From NCBI GenBank assembly GCA_004764695.1, contig SMSO01000007.1, positions 1,495,270-1,559,269 on the forward strand: a stretch of 64,000 bases of DNA. The letters run 5' to 3'. This DNA comes from Schizochytrium sp. TIO01 (Eukaryota > Protista > Bigyra: Labyrinthulomycetes). The notes beneath the pieces were generated by a model. That model was not told where the DNA came from. It did no database searches and saw only the letters and a list, made by a program, of their open reading frames with translations. Shown here in pieces: positions 24,401 to 34,567 of this stretch; the stretch's first letter is position 1; the number at the start of each line of letters is the position of its first letter. The translations under genes were made by a program, and so were the position numbers.

Positions 24401-27400
24401 TCAAATCGGCTTATTTGTTTCTGCAAATTAATTATATCTCGAGAAGTTTTAGCTGACAAAATATTCAACTCCATTGAAGAATTACAGCATAGTGGAATGA
24501 AACAACATGACCTTGATCTTCATGACTCAGACGGTCACCATGCTGGTATTCTTCATGTAAATCTGGCTTTTCTCAAGACTGTTGTTAGTCCTGTGAACAG
24601 TATTTTGACTGCTAAAGAAACTCAACAACCCCCGACCGGACTACTTACATCACCTCAATCGCATTTGTCTCCGACCTCACTAGCCAGCCCTGGGTCTCTT
24701 GTGTCCCCGCACGGCACCCAAAACGACAGAGTCTTGATCCTTCGAGCTATTCCTATTCGTGCTCGGAACCTGAAGACTGAACAGCGATTGACCAAGCTTG
24801 GTCACTTTGTAAAACTTACACATTTACGAGATATGAAGTCGGTTCAATGCAAACCCCAGAGCTATCAGGGGAAACATTCAGAATGGGACATTGAACACCA
24901 CAAAGCCGATTTGCGACTACCTATTGAATCTTTCGATGTCAGTGCACCAGAAAAGGTACTTCTCGAAGTCTGCCTCGCAGATCGCATTCGCAGCTCTCAA
25001 GTTATCGGTAGCGCTATTTTAGACATATGGAAAGATATCCTTCTTCAACCCAACCATGGGAGTGATACCCCACTCAGTATACGAATTCGAGATAGCCATG
25101 ATCAAGATGCGGGCTTGGTACAAATCAAGTTTGCTGTCTTTGACTCAGAAAAGCTTTCACCAGCCCAGGAAATAACATTAGATCGTAAAGTCCCTTCTTC
25201 TATAACGCCTGGGCAGTTAAAGCTAGAGTCAATGAGCCCAACATCAGTTAAGATTGCATCAATTTGGATTCGAATTTATGAAGCTTCCATTAATTCATCA
25301 GAAAAGGCTGTACTATGTGGTGTAAATTTTGCAAAGGGTCCGCAGAAGTTCACCAAGTCCACCTTATGCTCGAATGGAAGTCCCCTGTGGAATGAAGGAT
25401 CTGGCGATATACTAATCGATCATATGAACTGTGACATTGCAACCCTTGTTCGGGAGAAGCTCGAGCTAACACTTTACTCGAAACCCCCCACAAGTCGAGG
25501 CCGACGTAGTCTCGGGACCTGCCAAGTCAGCCTTTCTTCGGTTCCTTACATTTATCAAGAGGAGATTGAAGATTATGCTTTTAGTGCAAGACAATGGATA
25601 GGTCTGATCAATGCAGGAACAAATAGCAATCCTGAGCATGAGAATAAAGTTCTTGTTAGTATACTGTTTCTAAAGTACCACGAAGAGTTGGAAGCAGCCA
25701 CACGGATTCAAGCAGCATGTCGGGCTAAGTTTGAGAAGAGGAGAAGAGCTAAGGAGGCAGAGGCAGCAACTCGAATTCAACGATTGGCACGGCATAACTA
25801 TCGTGCAAAGGATTCTGAAAAGGAAGCTTCATTGCACCAACTTGATCTGGAAGAGAATGCTCAGCTACTGAGATGTCAGCAGCAGGCTTCAAAGAGAGAC
25901 GTTGCTGTAAGACGTATCCAAAGCAAGACCCGGGACTATTTAAATCGAAGAAGGAATGAGCTGGCAACTATTGCAGCAGCTAAGGTTCTCCAGCGTTCCT
26001 GGCTACGCCGATTCCGACAGAGACGGGCACGCCGTCTCCGGTTGCAGCCCGTGCCACGTGGTGTCATGTACCTCAGAGTTGAACGAGCTTATGACTTGCC
26101 CAATAAGAAATGGTTCAAGCGTGCCTATGATTCATATGCTCAAATTCTATTGGAGCCTGGACATCATATGGAAAAGACTAAAACGGTTGTCAAAGGTGGA
26201 GTGAATCCTACATGGAATCAAACATTTGAGTTCAAGCTGCCACCTGCAGAAAAGGCAACCTGTTTGGAACTAAAACTTGGCATTAAAATCTTTAACGCCG
26301 GGATGATTCGAAAAGATACGGTTGTGAGCGAGCGTGCATTGTGGGAAGATTTTCAAGATCTGATTTCTCGGAACGAAAAGGTTCGAGATAAAAGATTTGA
26401 GGTCACGCTCGATGGAGAATCCGGAGGTAAAATTGAACTTTTCATCTCATGGATACCGCAATCTTATTACATGCGAGCTGTAGCTCGTATTCAAGAAGCA
26501 TTTCGTCTAAAGCTGGCACGCATTCGTCTTCGTGTTCAAAAAGAGGAGGCAGCTCGAGCTTTAGCCAAAAAACGTGAGGATGATGCTCGTGCAACATGTA
26601 TTCAGAAACAAATTCGCCGTCACCTTGCTCAAAAAGAAGTGGAAAAGCGAAAAGGACTAGTGCAGAGCCCTTCACGTCACTTAAAAAGCGAGAATGAAAT
26701 CACTGATCACTTTGATGAGGGGGATTTTGACGGAATGGTTAACGCAGAGTTGAGCAAAGCCAATACAAATGTTCTGCTTCAAGCGCACAGTAATGATAGC
26801 TACATTCGAGAAAGTGTAACCTCGTCCATGAGTGAGGCAGAAGCCTCAACGATGATTCAGAGTATTATTAGAGGAAAGCAGGCACGCCAGGAACTTAATC
26901 GAGAAAAGGTTGCAGCACTCAAAATACAAACTCAATATCGGGGTACTTTGGCGCGTAAAGAGAATGAGAAAAGTTTACAGCAATGTCTTCAGCAGCGACA
27001 CGAAGAATTGTTTGGTAATAAAATAAAGGCTGAGGTAAATCGTGGAAAACAAGATTTCCTAGATTTAGTGCCGATTTCTTTCAAGAGGAGATCGGGTGGC
27101 TCCTTGCCAACCTTTCAGCGGAACTTTGTTATTAGAGCAGTGCTACACCCAAAGGGGCTTCCACAAGTTTCCAATGTCGTCAGGATCTCATCAGATGGAG
27201 TTCTCCGCTGGAACTCAGAGGAAATTATTCAGCTTAAATTACCAGCACACCGATCATTAGATGATCACCCGAAGCTTCAAATTGAGCTTATTCGATGCTC
27301 TCTTGTCAAGAACGTAAGTGAAAATGTAGTTGCTAAAGGTACCTGGCTCCTTTTTGACTCGATGCGGGAAAATGGCCAAGCATGCGAAATTGAGCTTCAG

Positions 27401-27835
27401 CTGTTCGATGGAAATGGTGCTCTCTACGGTGTATTCAGTGCTTCCATTGTCTTTAATCTTGTCGAACTTAATAGTCCATCAGAACTTACGAAGACTTCGA
27501 CACCTACTTTTGCAGAAAGGTACGACCAGACAAATTCGCCTGTTCTCAGCAGAGAAGTTCCAAAGCTTTCTATGTCTGCAGCATCTCTTGCACAAAGTCC
27601 ACTCGAAGCAAAACACTCTTTATCGCCTTATAATCAAGCACCTTTAACACAAAATCCCACGAAAACGATGACTGGTAGATCTTCTTCAAGTGTTGATTCA
27701 AGCTCATCGTCATCATCATCATCTTCATCGTCGTCTTCATCGTCTTCATCATCTTCATCGTCGTCTTCATCGTCCTCGTCGTCCTCATCGTCTGAAGATC
27801 CATCATTCGATTTCTTTGTGGCTAACAATCCTTAA
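21419..27835 (+). CDS. 2138-aa protein with N-terminal coiled coils, multiple (about 7-8) C2 domains and about 8 IQ calmodulin-binding motifs
   Basis: C2 signatures include GTLYIVAKRAENLYN..KQDPYV..GGVNPVW..VLDKEMIRADQEIG, GTIKLSIIGCTNLKN..RQDPFV..GGGQNPAW and GVMYLRVERAYDLP..GGVNPTWNQTFEF. IQ motifs include AATRIQAACRAK, AATRIQRLARHN, ATCIQKQIRRHL, STMIQSIIRGKQAR and ALKIQTQYRGTLAR. Poly-Ser C-terminus. The start could be the later MQAES ATG (~21553). Confidence 0.9.
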   Translation: MKVLVPGDLGFADSYTDDREALRHSSSAKLASTVNNTSRQSNRNAMQAESDEELILRLRSEVARLRAGSNTKDDRSPLSPHGTRSEKRSRNIAGKSCRPCSASPTHRRGSAAKEKRSYEDRKSLSPTKKRTRNMGNKSQSKTAELERAVRELAEEIHHIRGEHDVQKLRKLAWGLKHQLDLAENEKSKLRATVHKKILQIRQIEKEMRRTRHALDRRSSSSSSKKRRPRHVDALAEAREIELEYFGDAERSAISRRDRMALRARVRSIEEERIAESYEFRRREEALYREEERQRRKAEKRRRMRERQREKRDERLRELEQEYQTEWDAALQQAHPSARNTRPSFTKTARGKASSGEDYTEQGQFTVRIAETFFPTNLAKQNVLRMKLCMWPSAQTQMIDAPFEESGTVQFAYFRDNIRTAPEARLRMELYSDKMLIAVGDTSLEDCLRTFQVAPRVTKQVSLSNGCGVLKLDVAYEIFQAQSSPQYSQQEAHFTPSPHNDRHYKQTQSPTLTLKSRLAISDPGTVRVRVVRAIQLGRSASNLNCTVQLTLLPWEQIAHTSTKSMNHSGVKWSAEEATFDLNYPGPPPLGTAPALKITLLGADDIAPGSAFVSLEPFLLSPLETKRIDARLINLNGQATGEVEVHVAFAKDVLAQPSHLEPPTPLFQIGNDLQSRLTPRKSPQVVSARRVREPARSVEANRRGEIQSPRSAMVEQLEFTGPKAAPSEQLLEQFRTTGTLYIVAKRAENLYNAQVLIKQDPYVLARLPDGTEGKSKHIARGGVNPVWHPDEGTIVLQYSGLPQTTQWPYVDIQVLDKEMIRADQEIGIARLWLEDLSPVKFEHKLTLINSTSREPAGTLYLETWCHRNSQAQIVHQPLSNIKPELQVSTQISKQESQITQRGLSSKWITESGTIKLSIIGCTNLKNVQSISRQDPFVQVTLLPENDVFKSKTIWGGGQNPAWSAEDGSIDIPYACSPPEGEIAALKFEVFDAEHVRSNRLICFCKLIISREVLADKIFNSIEELQHSGMKQHDLDLHDSDGHHAGILHVNLAFLKTVVSPVNSILTAKETQQPPTGLLTSPQSHLSPTSLASPGSLVSPHGTQNDRVLILRAIPIRARNLKTEQRLTKLGHFVKLTHLRDMKSVQCKPQSYQGKHSEWDIEHHKADLRLPIESFDVSAPEKVLLEVCLADRIRSSQVIGSAILDIWKDILLQPNHGSDTPLSIRIRDSHDQDAGLVQIKFAVFDSEKLSPAQEITLDRKVPSSITPGQLKLESMSPTSVKIASIWIRIYEASINSSEKAVLCGVNFAKGPQKFTKSTLCSNGSPLWNEGSGDILIDHMNCDIATLVREKLELTLYSKPPTSRGRRSLGTCQVSLSSVPYIYQEEIEDYAFSARQWIGLINAGTNSNPEHENKVLVSILFLKYHEELEAATRIQAACRAKFEKRRRAKEAEAATRIQRLARHNYRAKDSEKEASLHQLDLEENAQLLRCQQQASKRDVAVRRIQSKTRDYLNRRRNELATIAAAKVLQRSWLRRFRQRRARRLRLQPVPRGVMYLRVERAYDLPNKKWFKRAYDSYAQILLEPGHHMEKTKTVVKGGVNPTWNQTFEFKLPPAEKATCLELKLGIKIFNAGMIRKDTVVSERALWEDFQDLISRNEKVRDKRFEVTLDGESGGKIELFISWIPQSYYMRAVARIQEAFRLKLARIRLRVQKEEAARALAKKREDDARATCIQKQIRRHLAQKEVEKRKGLVQSPSRHLKSENEITDHFDEGDFDGMVNAELSKANTNVLLQAHSNDSYIRESVTSSMSEAEASTMIQSIIRGKQARQELNREKVAALKIQTQYRGTLARKENEKSLQQCLQQRHEELFGNKIKAEVNRGKQDFLDLVPISFKRRSGGSLPTFQRNFVIRAVLHPKGLPQVSNVVRISSDGVLRWNSEEIIQLKLPAHRSLDDHPKLQIELIRCSLVKNVSENVVAKGTWLLFDSMRENGQACEIELQLFDGNGALYGVFSASIVFNLVELNSPSELTKTSTPTFAERYDQTNSPVLSREVPKLSMSAASLAQSPLEAKHSLSPYNQAPLTQNPTKTMTGRSSSSVDSSSSSSSSSSSSSSSSSSSSSSSSSSSSSSSSEDPSFDFFVANNP

Positions 27836-28454
27836 AGAATTAAACAACTTCACCCTTGGTTCGGTTCAGCAAACAACAAAATTACTATTTTCAAGGAAAA
27901 GCATGTATAGTTCAAAGCGGGCTTGCTAATTTGAGAACTGGAATTTTCCAGAACATAACATCAGACAATGCACAGTAGAGGATAATATAAAAATATATTT
28001 CTTGCGATGATGATAATAGTAAATTGTTTTCTTTTTTTAACTGCACGAAATAACCTGTCTCCTGTACATGTAAAAAAATAACTTACAATATAGTTGTTAA
28101 TGCTTAGATAACATAAAATAAAGACTTAGATTACACAATATTGCCTCTAAAGCAAAATATGAAAAGATTTCTGTACTAAATTATTTATATTTCTGTAAAA
28201 TGTCAGGAAAGATCAAAGACCGCGCAGAAGAGTCTTGCTTTCGGCCTGGAAATCCTAAAGACCCAAATCCTTTAGCGTATATAATTATTCGTAAGCCATG
28301 ATGAATTGTTATGCCACAACTAATTCAAGAAACAATGTTTAAAGATCATCGAGAAAGCTGGCTTGAAAAAGAAACTGTAAATTAAGCACATCGATAGCCC
28401 AAATTTACAACGTCAGAATTGCAAACCACTCGGTCTTACTATTGAGAATACATA

Positions 28455-29732
28455 TTATTGAGTCAGAAAAGAGGAAATAGACTCCGTACTTAAAGCAGAT
28501 ATGACATTAGACCCTGATCCAGGCAAATTTAGTGCCCTTTCAAGCGCTCGCCGTGCTTCTTGTTGTACTGCCTGCTTTGCCTTAAGACGATCAATGTGTT
28601 CTTGCTCGATTTTTTCAAGCTTATGCAATTTTCGCAAACGTTGCTTCCGTTCAAGCTCCTCCCAAGCAAGCTTTTCCTGAAGATCATGCTGGACTTTTGC
28701 ATGTTTCTCAGCTTCTGCCTGGATTTTGCTTGCTCGAGTAGCCTCACGCATGAGACGAATTTGTTCTCGCTTTTCTGCAACAGCTTCCTCATTTGCAAGT
28801 CGTTGCTTAATAAGAGCTTGGCGCATTTTCTGTTTTGACTTTTTGATTTCACGTGCACGTTCTTTCCGTTCGACTTCCACAAGAGTCTGGGTTCGAGCTT
28901 TACTCACTCGGTGTATCTGATTCTGTAAAGCATTTTTCTCTTTGAATGCGCGACGAGTAGGCTCCAATCGTGTTTCCAGTGGTCCATGCAGCTTTAACTC
29001 TCGGCGCTCCGCACGCCGTTTCTCTACAGCCTTTACATCGTCTTTAGCCTTGCGGATCTTCAACTCCATTTTTGATTCCTCCAGCTGAAGAAGCTTAATT
29101 CTATTCTCAAGCTTTTGACAATCGGTGTCAAGCGTTTTTTTCTGTTTTCGAACCCCAAACAGCCGCTGAATATAAGGTTCCTCTCTCATTTCTAAATCTC
29201 TACTGGACTGCCCTGGCCTGCGAACAAGACGACTCTCACTTGTCTGTGGCCTTCGAACTATTCTAGAGTGTGATTTAGCAGACTTTGTTGAGTGACGTTG
29301 ATTTGGGGTTGTACGTGGCCTTGTTAATGTTAGTGCATAAGATTTATTATAGCTCGATTTTTCCTCTTCAAAGCTGTCGCTGCAATCTTCTGTATTGCTT
29401 GCATAATCGTCCTGGTTGTTATTGTTAACTTCACTATCATTGTCTTCGGCGTCTGTCTCACGAAAATGCCTCGTTGATGATTTTATCTTGTGTTTGCTTT
29501 GAGCAGCAGCGTGACTTTTCTTTTCCTCGTCTAGCAACTCCAAGTTGCGTAGAACGAGAAGGCTTTTAGCGAGACCGAGATCTCCACTGGTATGATCTCC
29601 ATGATCTGTGTCACGGTTACCCTCGTCTCCTTCACGTAACTGCTCCTCAAGACCATCCACAAAATTTGTTTGGGTAAAATCTCTGTGTTCCCCTTGCTGA
29701 GGCCAGTCTACTCCGTCTTTGGAAAGGCTCAT
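28455..29732 (-). CDS. Uncharacterised coiled-coil protein with disordered N-terminus
   Basis: Open frame 28455..29792, first ATG at 29732 (MSLSKDG); K/E/R/Q-rich heptad region QKLENRIKLLQLEESKMELKI...KLEKIEQEHIDRLKAKQAVQQEA. Confidence 0.8.
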   Translation of the reverse strand: MSLSKDGVDWPQQGEHRDFTQTNFVDGLEEQLREGDEGNRDTDHGDHTSGDLGLAKSLLVLRNLELLDEEKKSHAAAQSKHKIKSSTRHFRETDAEDNDSEVNNNNQDDYASNTEDCSDSFEEEKSSYNKSYALTLTRPRTTPNQRHSTKSAKSHSRIVRRPQTSESRLVRRPGQSSRDLEMREEPYIQRLFGVRKQKKTLDTDCQKLENRIKLLQLEESKMELKIRKAKDDVKAVEKRRAERRELKLHGPLETRLEPTRRAFKEKNALQNQIHRVSKARTQTLVEVERKERAREIKKSKQKMRQALIKQRLANEEAVAEKREQIRLMREATRASKIQAEAEKHAKVQHDLQEKLAWEELERKQRLRKLHKLEKIEQEHIDRLKAKQAVQQEARRALERALNLPGSGSNVISALSTESISSFLTQ

Positions 29733-30178
29733 TTCACTGGAGCAGGGGACCTCGGCTGTGACCTCTGACGACCTGCACCCAGTCCTTGTCACTGCAAATG
29801 TGGCAGTATTTGCCGAGCTGAGACTCTGATCCTGTGAAATGACCGCTTAGCTAACACTTGTCACCAGATCGTGCTCGCTCGTTGCCCTCACTCTTGTTTC
29901 CTCTCTCTTCTTTCACTCATTTTCATTTTCATTCTTATTATATCTATATAAGAATATCATACAAGACGACTGAAAGGTTCTCGTGAGAACATAACGGATC
30001 TTTTCAAGGTTGTTGAAGAATCTCATGAGACGAAGCAAGTAGAGCCGTACTTAGAATGACACTTAGTGTAGTGATCCTCTGACAAAGTTATACGAATGGA
30101 GATCTGGTGTAGTGAACAAAAAGAGAAATGAAAGACGCAATATTTAAAGAAAACCTGAAGCCTTTGTTGAGCTAAGGT

Positions 30179-31414
30179 ATGGCGATGCAGCAAAGTAAAC
30201 CACATGGCAAGTTTGCACGTACATCGTCTTTATGGGACTTAGACAAAACCGCACATCTTGGGGACAATCATGCGCTTCTGAGCAGACGTCTTGCATGCCG
30301 ACCGGGCGAAGAGCGTGATGCTGCTCTATTAATAGCTGCCCGGAGAGGCGCTGCTGAAGTCGCACGCAAACTTGCAGAAAGTGGGGCAAACCCGAATGTC
30401 AAAGGAGAAAGAGGGCGAACTGCATTACATTTAGCAACTCTTTCAGGGAATGTAGACTGCGTACGAGCAATACTCGAGCAAGGCGCTGATAAGCGAATCA
30501 AAGACGATGCAAAAGCAAGCGCGGCGCACCTTGCTAGAGCAATTGGAAAGCATCGCATTGCAAGCATAATAGAGTCTTGGAGTTCTCCCTATGATGATGA
30601 AGTATTTGGTCTTGGAGATGCCCATCCTCCCGCTGAGCCTAGTGCAGCTTTAGCGACCTGTAATCAAATCAAACTATTAGAAAGTTGTCTAGAGCAAAAA
30701 AAGGCTGCACTTCCTGATCATCATGAGGGGATCGCGCGGACTATGGATAAGCTCGGTAGAGAGTATTTCGCGATAAATAGGATAGAAGATGCTGCAAAAA
30801 TTCAGGAGGAGGCATGTGAGCTCGCATCAGACCCTGATCGTCTTTTTAGATTGGCAAAGTACTCCATGGCATGTCGGAAGCCACTTGTTGCAGTAAATGC
30901 TTGCAGGAAGGCACTCGACATGATTTCAACAGACATTTCTGCCGATTACACCATTCAAAGAGATCTTCTTCAGGCTCTTGCAGCATCTTTTGGTGGTGCT
31001 CAAAATTATGAAGGTCAACTGGAGGCCTACCAGACTAGCATATCATTTATTGAAGCCCATGTTAAAGATAATATGCATCCATCGCTTGTGCGGCCGTTCG
31101 TAGGCCTTGGGCATGCGAATTGTCGCTTGAAAGACCCTGTGAAAGGAGCTGCTGCGTTTGCTCGTGCTTTGCAGATAGCCGATGCCCATCTAAGCCCAAA
31201 TCATCCAGATATCGCAAAGGTTATGCGAGACTTTGCTGACGCGTTAACGGATGCTTATGAATTTGAGAAAGCCCAAGCTCTTTATCGTCGCATCATGGAG
31301 ATCGAGCAAGCAAATGGGTTGGATACGCGCGCAACACATGACCAAATGGCAAGTTGTATCGTGCGCCACCACAAATTTATGAAGCACCGTTTGAAACAGG
31401 TCCGAAAGAAGTAA
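30179..31414 (+). CDS. Ankyrin-repeat + tetratricopeptide-repeat protein
   Basis: Ankyrin motifs ALLIAARRG..VARKLAESGANPN and GRTALHLATLSGNVDCVRAILEQGAD; kinesin-light-chain-type TPRs LPDHHEGIARTMDKLG, HPSLVRPFVGLG and LSPNHPDIAKVMRDFA..A..LYRRIMEI. Confidence 0.9.
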   Translation: MAMQQSKPHGKFARTSSLWDLDKTAHLGDNHALLSRRLACRPGEERDAALLIAARRGAAEVARKLAESGANPNVKGERGRTALHLATLSGNVDCVRAILEQGADKRIKDDAKASAAHLARAIGKHRIASIIESWSSPYDDEVFGLGDAHPPAEPSAALATCNQIKLLESCLEQKKAALPDHHEGIARTMDKLGREYFAINRIEDAAKIQEEACELASDPDRLFRLAKYSMACRKPLVAVNACRKALDMISTDISADYTIQRDLLQALAASFGGAQNYEGQLEAYQTSISFIEAHVKDNMHPSLVRPFVGLGHANCRLKDPVKGAAAFARALQIADAHLSPNHPDIAKVMRDFADALTDAYEFEKAQALYRRIMEIEQANGLDTRATHDQMASCIVRHHKFMKHRLKQVRKK

Positions 31415-31948
31415 CGACTCCTGTAATTCGGATCATTTTAGATTGTTATATTATGCCATTTATATGAATCTCCAATCTATCATACTTGACATCATGTGTT
31501 TAAACAACATTTATGTGCTCGAACCTTGTTGTTTAATATATCGATGACACCTGGAAAAACTTAAAAATCACTGCATAACCCTCTATGTCTATGTCCATGT
31601 ATAGACACAAGAGAGCATTGCAGCAAACTAAGATAGGCATGCACTTTAAGATATCATACATTTCACATACCACTATGCGCCCATATTTGACCAGTCACTG
31701 TCACTTGATTCGGCTAGCTTTAACTTTTTTTCTCTGCACATCAGGGAAGATGAAGACAAAGTAAACAGCTGAAAGCGCACTGGTTTTGTATGAATGGCTT
31801 GCTTGAGGAGTCTCAATTTAGGCAGCTGTATCGGTAGCTAATTACTTAGTAGGTAGTAGGTACGTTATCTACCTAATGATTAATAGTTACTTAGTAATTA
31901 CGCTAAAGTAACCTGGTACCTACCTTACGCACTACTACTATAGAAGAT

Positions 31949-32521
31949 TTGGATGCAACAGCAATGCGTGCGATCTTGAAAAAGTGCGTGTGCATCGCAC
32001 GACCTCGGTTTCTCAATATTTCCTTTACAGGACTCGAAGGTTATGATCATGGCGTGCATATGTCATATAGTATTGTTCGTGTGTTATTAGACTTGTTGCT
32101 ACTTATCACGAACTGGCCATGCGATGCTCATATTTGCGTAGAACGCTCGATTGATTCAGACTCCAAGTGGCTTGCTGCATTGATAAACATCAATCCTGTT
32201 TATCTTCTCCGTGTGTCGCTATATTATTATACCCGCAGATGTGGGGCCGATTTCCCACTGGTACAGAGAATACCTCGTGAACCGGAATTAGCTCCTGTGA
32301 AGCTTTATTCGGATTTTTTGAAGAGAGAGGTGAGAGCGCACGCTTTGCGCCTGCATGTTGCGACTAAATTCTTCCCTTTTGGTCAAAATCCTTATGGCGG
32401 TGAGATGCACAGTGTTGCTCAGTGTTTTCGCGCATGCTCGTACTACAATCGCCACTTTCCAGAAATGTGTGCGTACCTGGGCGGTGAGTTCCCACCTCGT
32501 CCAGCCGATGTAAAAGATTGA
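31949..32521 (+). CDS. Hypothetical protein or terminal exon convergent on the kinase gene; its 3' end lies inside the duplicated unit
   Basis: 190-aa ORF with a TTG start. The 3' half reads like real protein (GADFPLVQRIPREPELAPVKLYSDFLKREV...FPEMCAYLGGEFPPRPADVKD). Possible acceptor cccgcag at ~32237. Confidence 0.35.
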   Translation: MDATAMRAILKKCVCIARPRFLNISFTGLEGYDHGVHMSYSIVRVLLDLLLLITNWPCDAHICVERSIDSDSKWLAALININPVYLLRVSLYYYTRRCGADFPLVQRIPREPELAPVKLYSDFLKREVRAHALRLHVATKFFPFGQNPYGGEMHSVAQCFRACSYYNRHFPEMCAYLGGEFPPRPADVKD

Positions 32522-32595
32522 TTCCAACAAAAACTTAAATCTTAAATGTTAAATGGTAGTTAAACTTTGCTCGTTTGTTTGGGACTTTGTAATTA

Positions 32596-34479
32596 TTATT
32601 CAACAAACGCAAAGAGCCTGTCAAAAGCAGCATTATCACCTGCAATCAACTTGTCACTTGCTCCAACCGTTGCCATGCCAAAGTCAATCACCCTCACCGC
32701 ACCAATGTGGTCTACGACAAAGTTGTTCAACCGAATGTCATTGTGCGCAACGCCGTACTCGTGCACAGCTGACAGTGCTGCACGAGCCTTGTGCTTGATC
32801 TCACTGGTGATCGACGCTTTCGGTAACTGAGAAAGTGCATCTCCGTCGTACGAGACTGCAATCAGTAAATCGTTGAACATGTGCCTTCCACCGAACAAGT
32901 AGAACGGGATGTGAATGCCCATCAGCGGTCGCAGTTCCTCATACACAGCCATTTCATTCTCGAAGCTTGCAATCGCATCCATCTGATACTGTCTAGAGTC
33001 GTTCTTGGGAGTCATAACCTTGGCAACATAATCGACACCGAATAGCACTGTATGCGCCGAGATCGAGTACTGACCCATCGGGTACTGCTTAATGACACCT
33101 TCAAGTCCGCCTCGATACGGGAACTGTTCAACAGTGCACGGTAGCGAGTCTTGGAGAGCTTTGAGCTTCTTGATCATCGATTCATCGTCGTCGCTCGAGG
33201 AAGTGGTAGTATTCATATTCTTGGTAGCACCCTTGTTACCTCTACCCGTGATGCGCTTTGCTGTGTTGACTAGTGAGGAAACAAAACCACCACTATCACC
33301 AGCACTTTTACCGGAAAGCATGTTGTACGAGCCTTTCCATTGCGTCATATCCTTGAGCAGCATACCGTCAACAAATGGAACAGACGTAAAGATCCTTTCT
33401 CGTTCTGCTTCATTCAACTCAAGCTTTGCATTTTGCAACGCGTTCACAATAAAAGCAGCGTATGCAAGCTTGACAGATTCTTCTCCTGTTCCAGTGCCCT
33501 CAAATACCTGCGAAACAAGTAATGTGTTGTTCGGCTCCAGTCTCAGAAACCACGTGCGATCCGTCGTACTCAAGACACCGTAGCGGACGCACATACGGAG
33601 CATGTACACATAAACCTGTACAATAGGCGACCTGAAGTCTCTAATTTCGGCGTCCTTGTACTTGGGTGTCGTGAAGTGATACCAGTAATCCTTTAGATCA
33701 TCATGCACGTGATGAAGAACTTGTTCTTGGAGAACTTCTTGAACATTTACGTTTTCTTCAGATGCGATTTCTTCAGCTTCTTCGACAACGTCAGCTCGTT
33801 TGACGGAGTTGGGAAATTTAGCACAGGCTTTGTGTTCGTGCACAATTATAGCGTATCGCTCCCCGGGGCCCGTTGCTCGCATACCACAGTGCACGTCTGT
33901 ACTGTCGTTGGTGGCATCAGGATTAGCTGCTCTAGCGATCGTCCAATCAGTTCGAAAACCACTATGCGCGTCTTCAACGAAAAATTCCAGACCATAACGC
34001 CTGAATTCGTCGTGTGGACGAACGACCCACTGCATGAATGGATCAAGGAAATTGATGTTAAATCTATCTACACAAAATCTTTCATTCGGCAGACTCTGAA
34101 CACCTTCTGTTACGTAAGCTAAGAAAAAAATCTCAGGAACTTGTCCGTTCAGGAGATTCTCTTCACCATCCATGATTTCTTCGATTCTCATATCTTCGTT
34201 GAAGGTACCCCATCGTTCCACCGCAGAGGGTACTAGGTTAAACTTTGCCTGAGCACTAGCTGCCGGTGGGTTGGCATCTGGGAGGCGTCGAGTCGAACTA
34301 CTAACAGCTGCAGACTGACCGTAATCATGTGTCGTACCTTCATGAGCCTGTGCTGAGGCCTCTATAGACTGTAGCTCGGAGGATGCGCTTGGATTCCAAA
34401 GTGTTATCAGCATATCAGAGATAAGCCGATACTTACACAGCGCCACGTGTGCCGGTACGGTCGGTGTGCCACCGTACAT
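32596..34479 (-). CDS. PD-(D/E)xK restriction-endonuclease-fold domain fused to a minimal protein kinase domain (Crinkler-like REase-kinase), copy 1
   Basis: REase-like motifs GFRTDWTI...IIVHEHK...IVQVYVYM...RYGVLST..TWFL; kinase motifs YVAK, FENEMAVYEEL, VHEYGVAHNDIRLNN and VRVIDFGMA. The protein ends about 25 aa after DFG. Confidence 0.85.
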   Translation of the reverse strand: MYGGTPTVPAHVALCKYRLISDMLITLWNPSASSELQSIEASAQAHEGTTHDYGQSAAVSSSTRRLPDANPPAASAQAKFNLVPSAVERWGTFNEDMRIEEIMDGEENLLNGQVPEIFFLAYVTEGVQSLPNERFCVDRFNINFLDPFMQWVVRPHDEFRRYGLEFFVEDAHSGFRTDWTIARAANPDATNDSTDVHCGMRATGPGERYAIIVHEHKACAKFPNSVKRADVVEEAEEIASEENVNVQEVLQEQVLHHVHDDLKDYWYHFTTPKYKDAEIRDFRSPIVQVYVYMLRMCVRYGVLSTTDRTWFLRLEPNNTLLVSQVFEGTGTGEESVKLAYAAFIVNALQNAKLELNEAERERIFTSVPFVDGMLLKDMTQWKGSYNMLSGKSAGDSGGFVSSLVNTAKRITGRGNKGATKNMNTTTSSSDDDESMIKKLKALQDSLPCTVEQFPYRGGLEGVIKQYPMGQYSISAHTVLFGVDYVAKVMTPKNDSRQYQMDAIASFENEMAVYEELRPLMGIHIPFYLFGGRHMFNDLLIAVSYDGDALSQLPKASITSEIKHKARAALSAVHEYGVAHNDIRLNNFVVDHIGAVRVIDFGMATVGASDKLIAGDNAAFDRLFAFVE

Positions 34480-34567
34480 TGCTCCTAACCTGACTCAACT
34501 CAACTCTGCACGTGATTCCCAAATTGAGGCTTTGCTTGCTCTTCTTTCTGCTTCGTGTTCACGTCAC

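Noticed and set aside
27570-27929. Short D/E-, M/K/T- and H/R-rich ORFs
   Set aside because: They are shadow frames of the poly-Ser end of the C2/IQ gene
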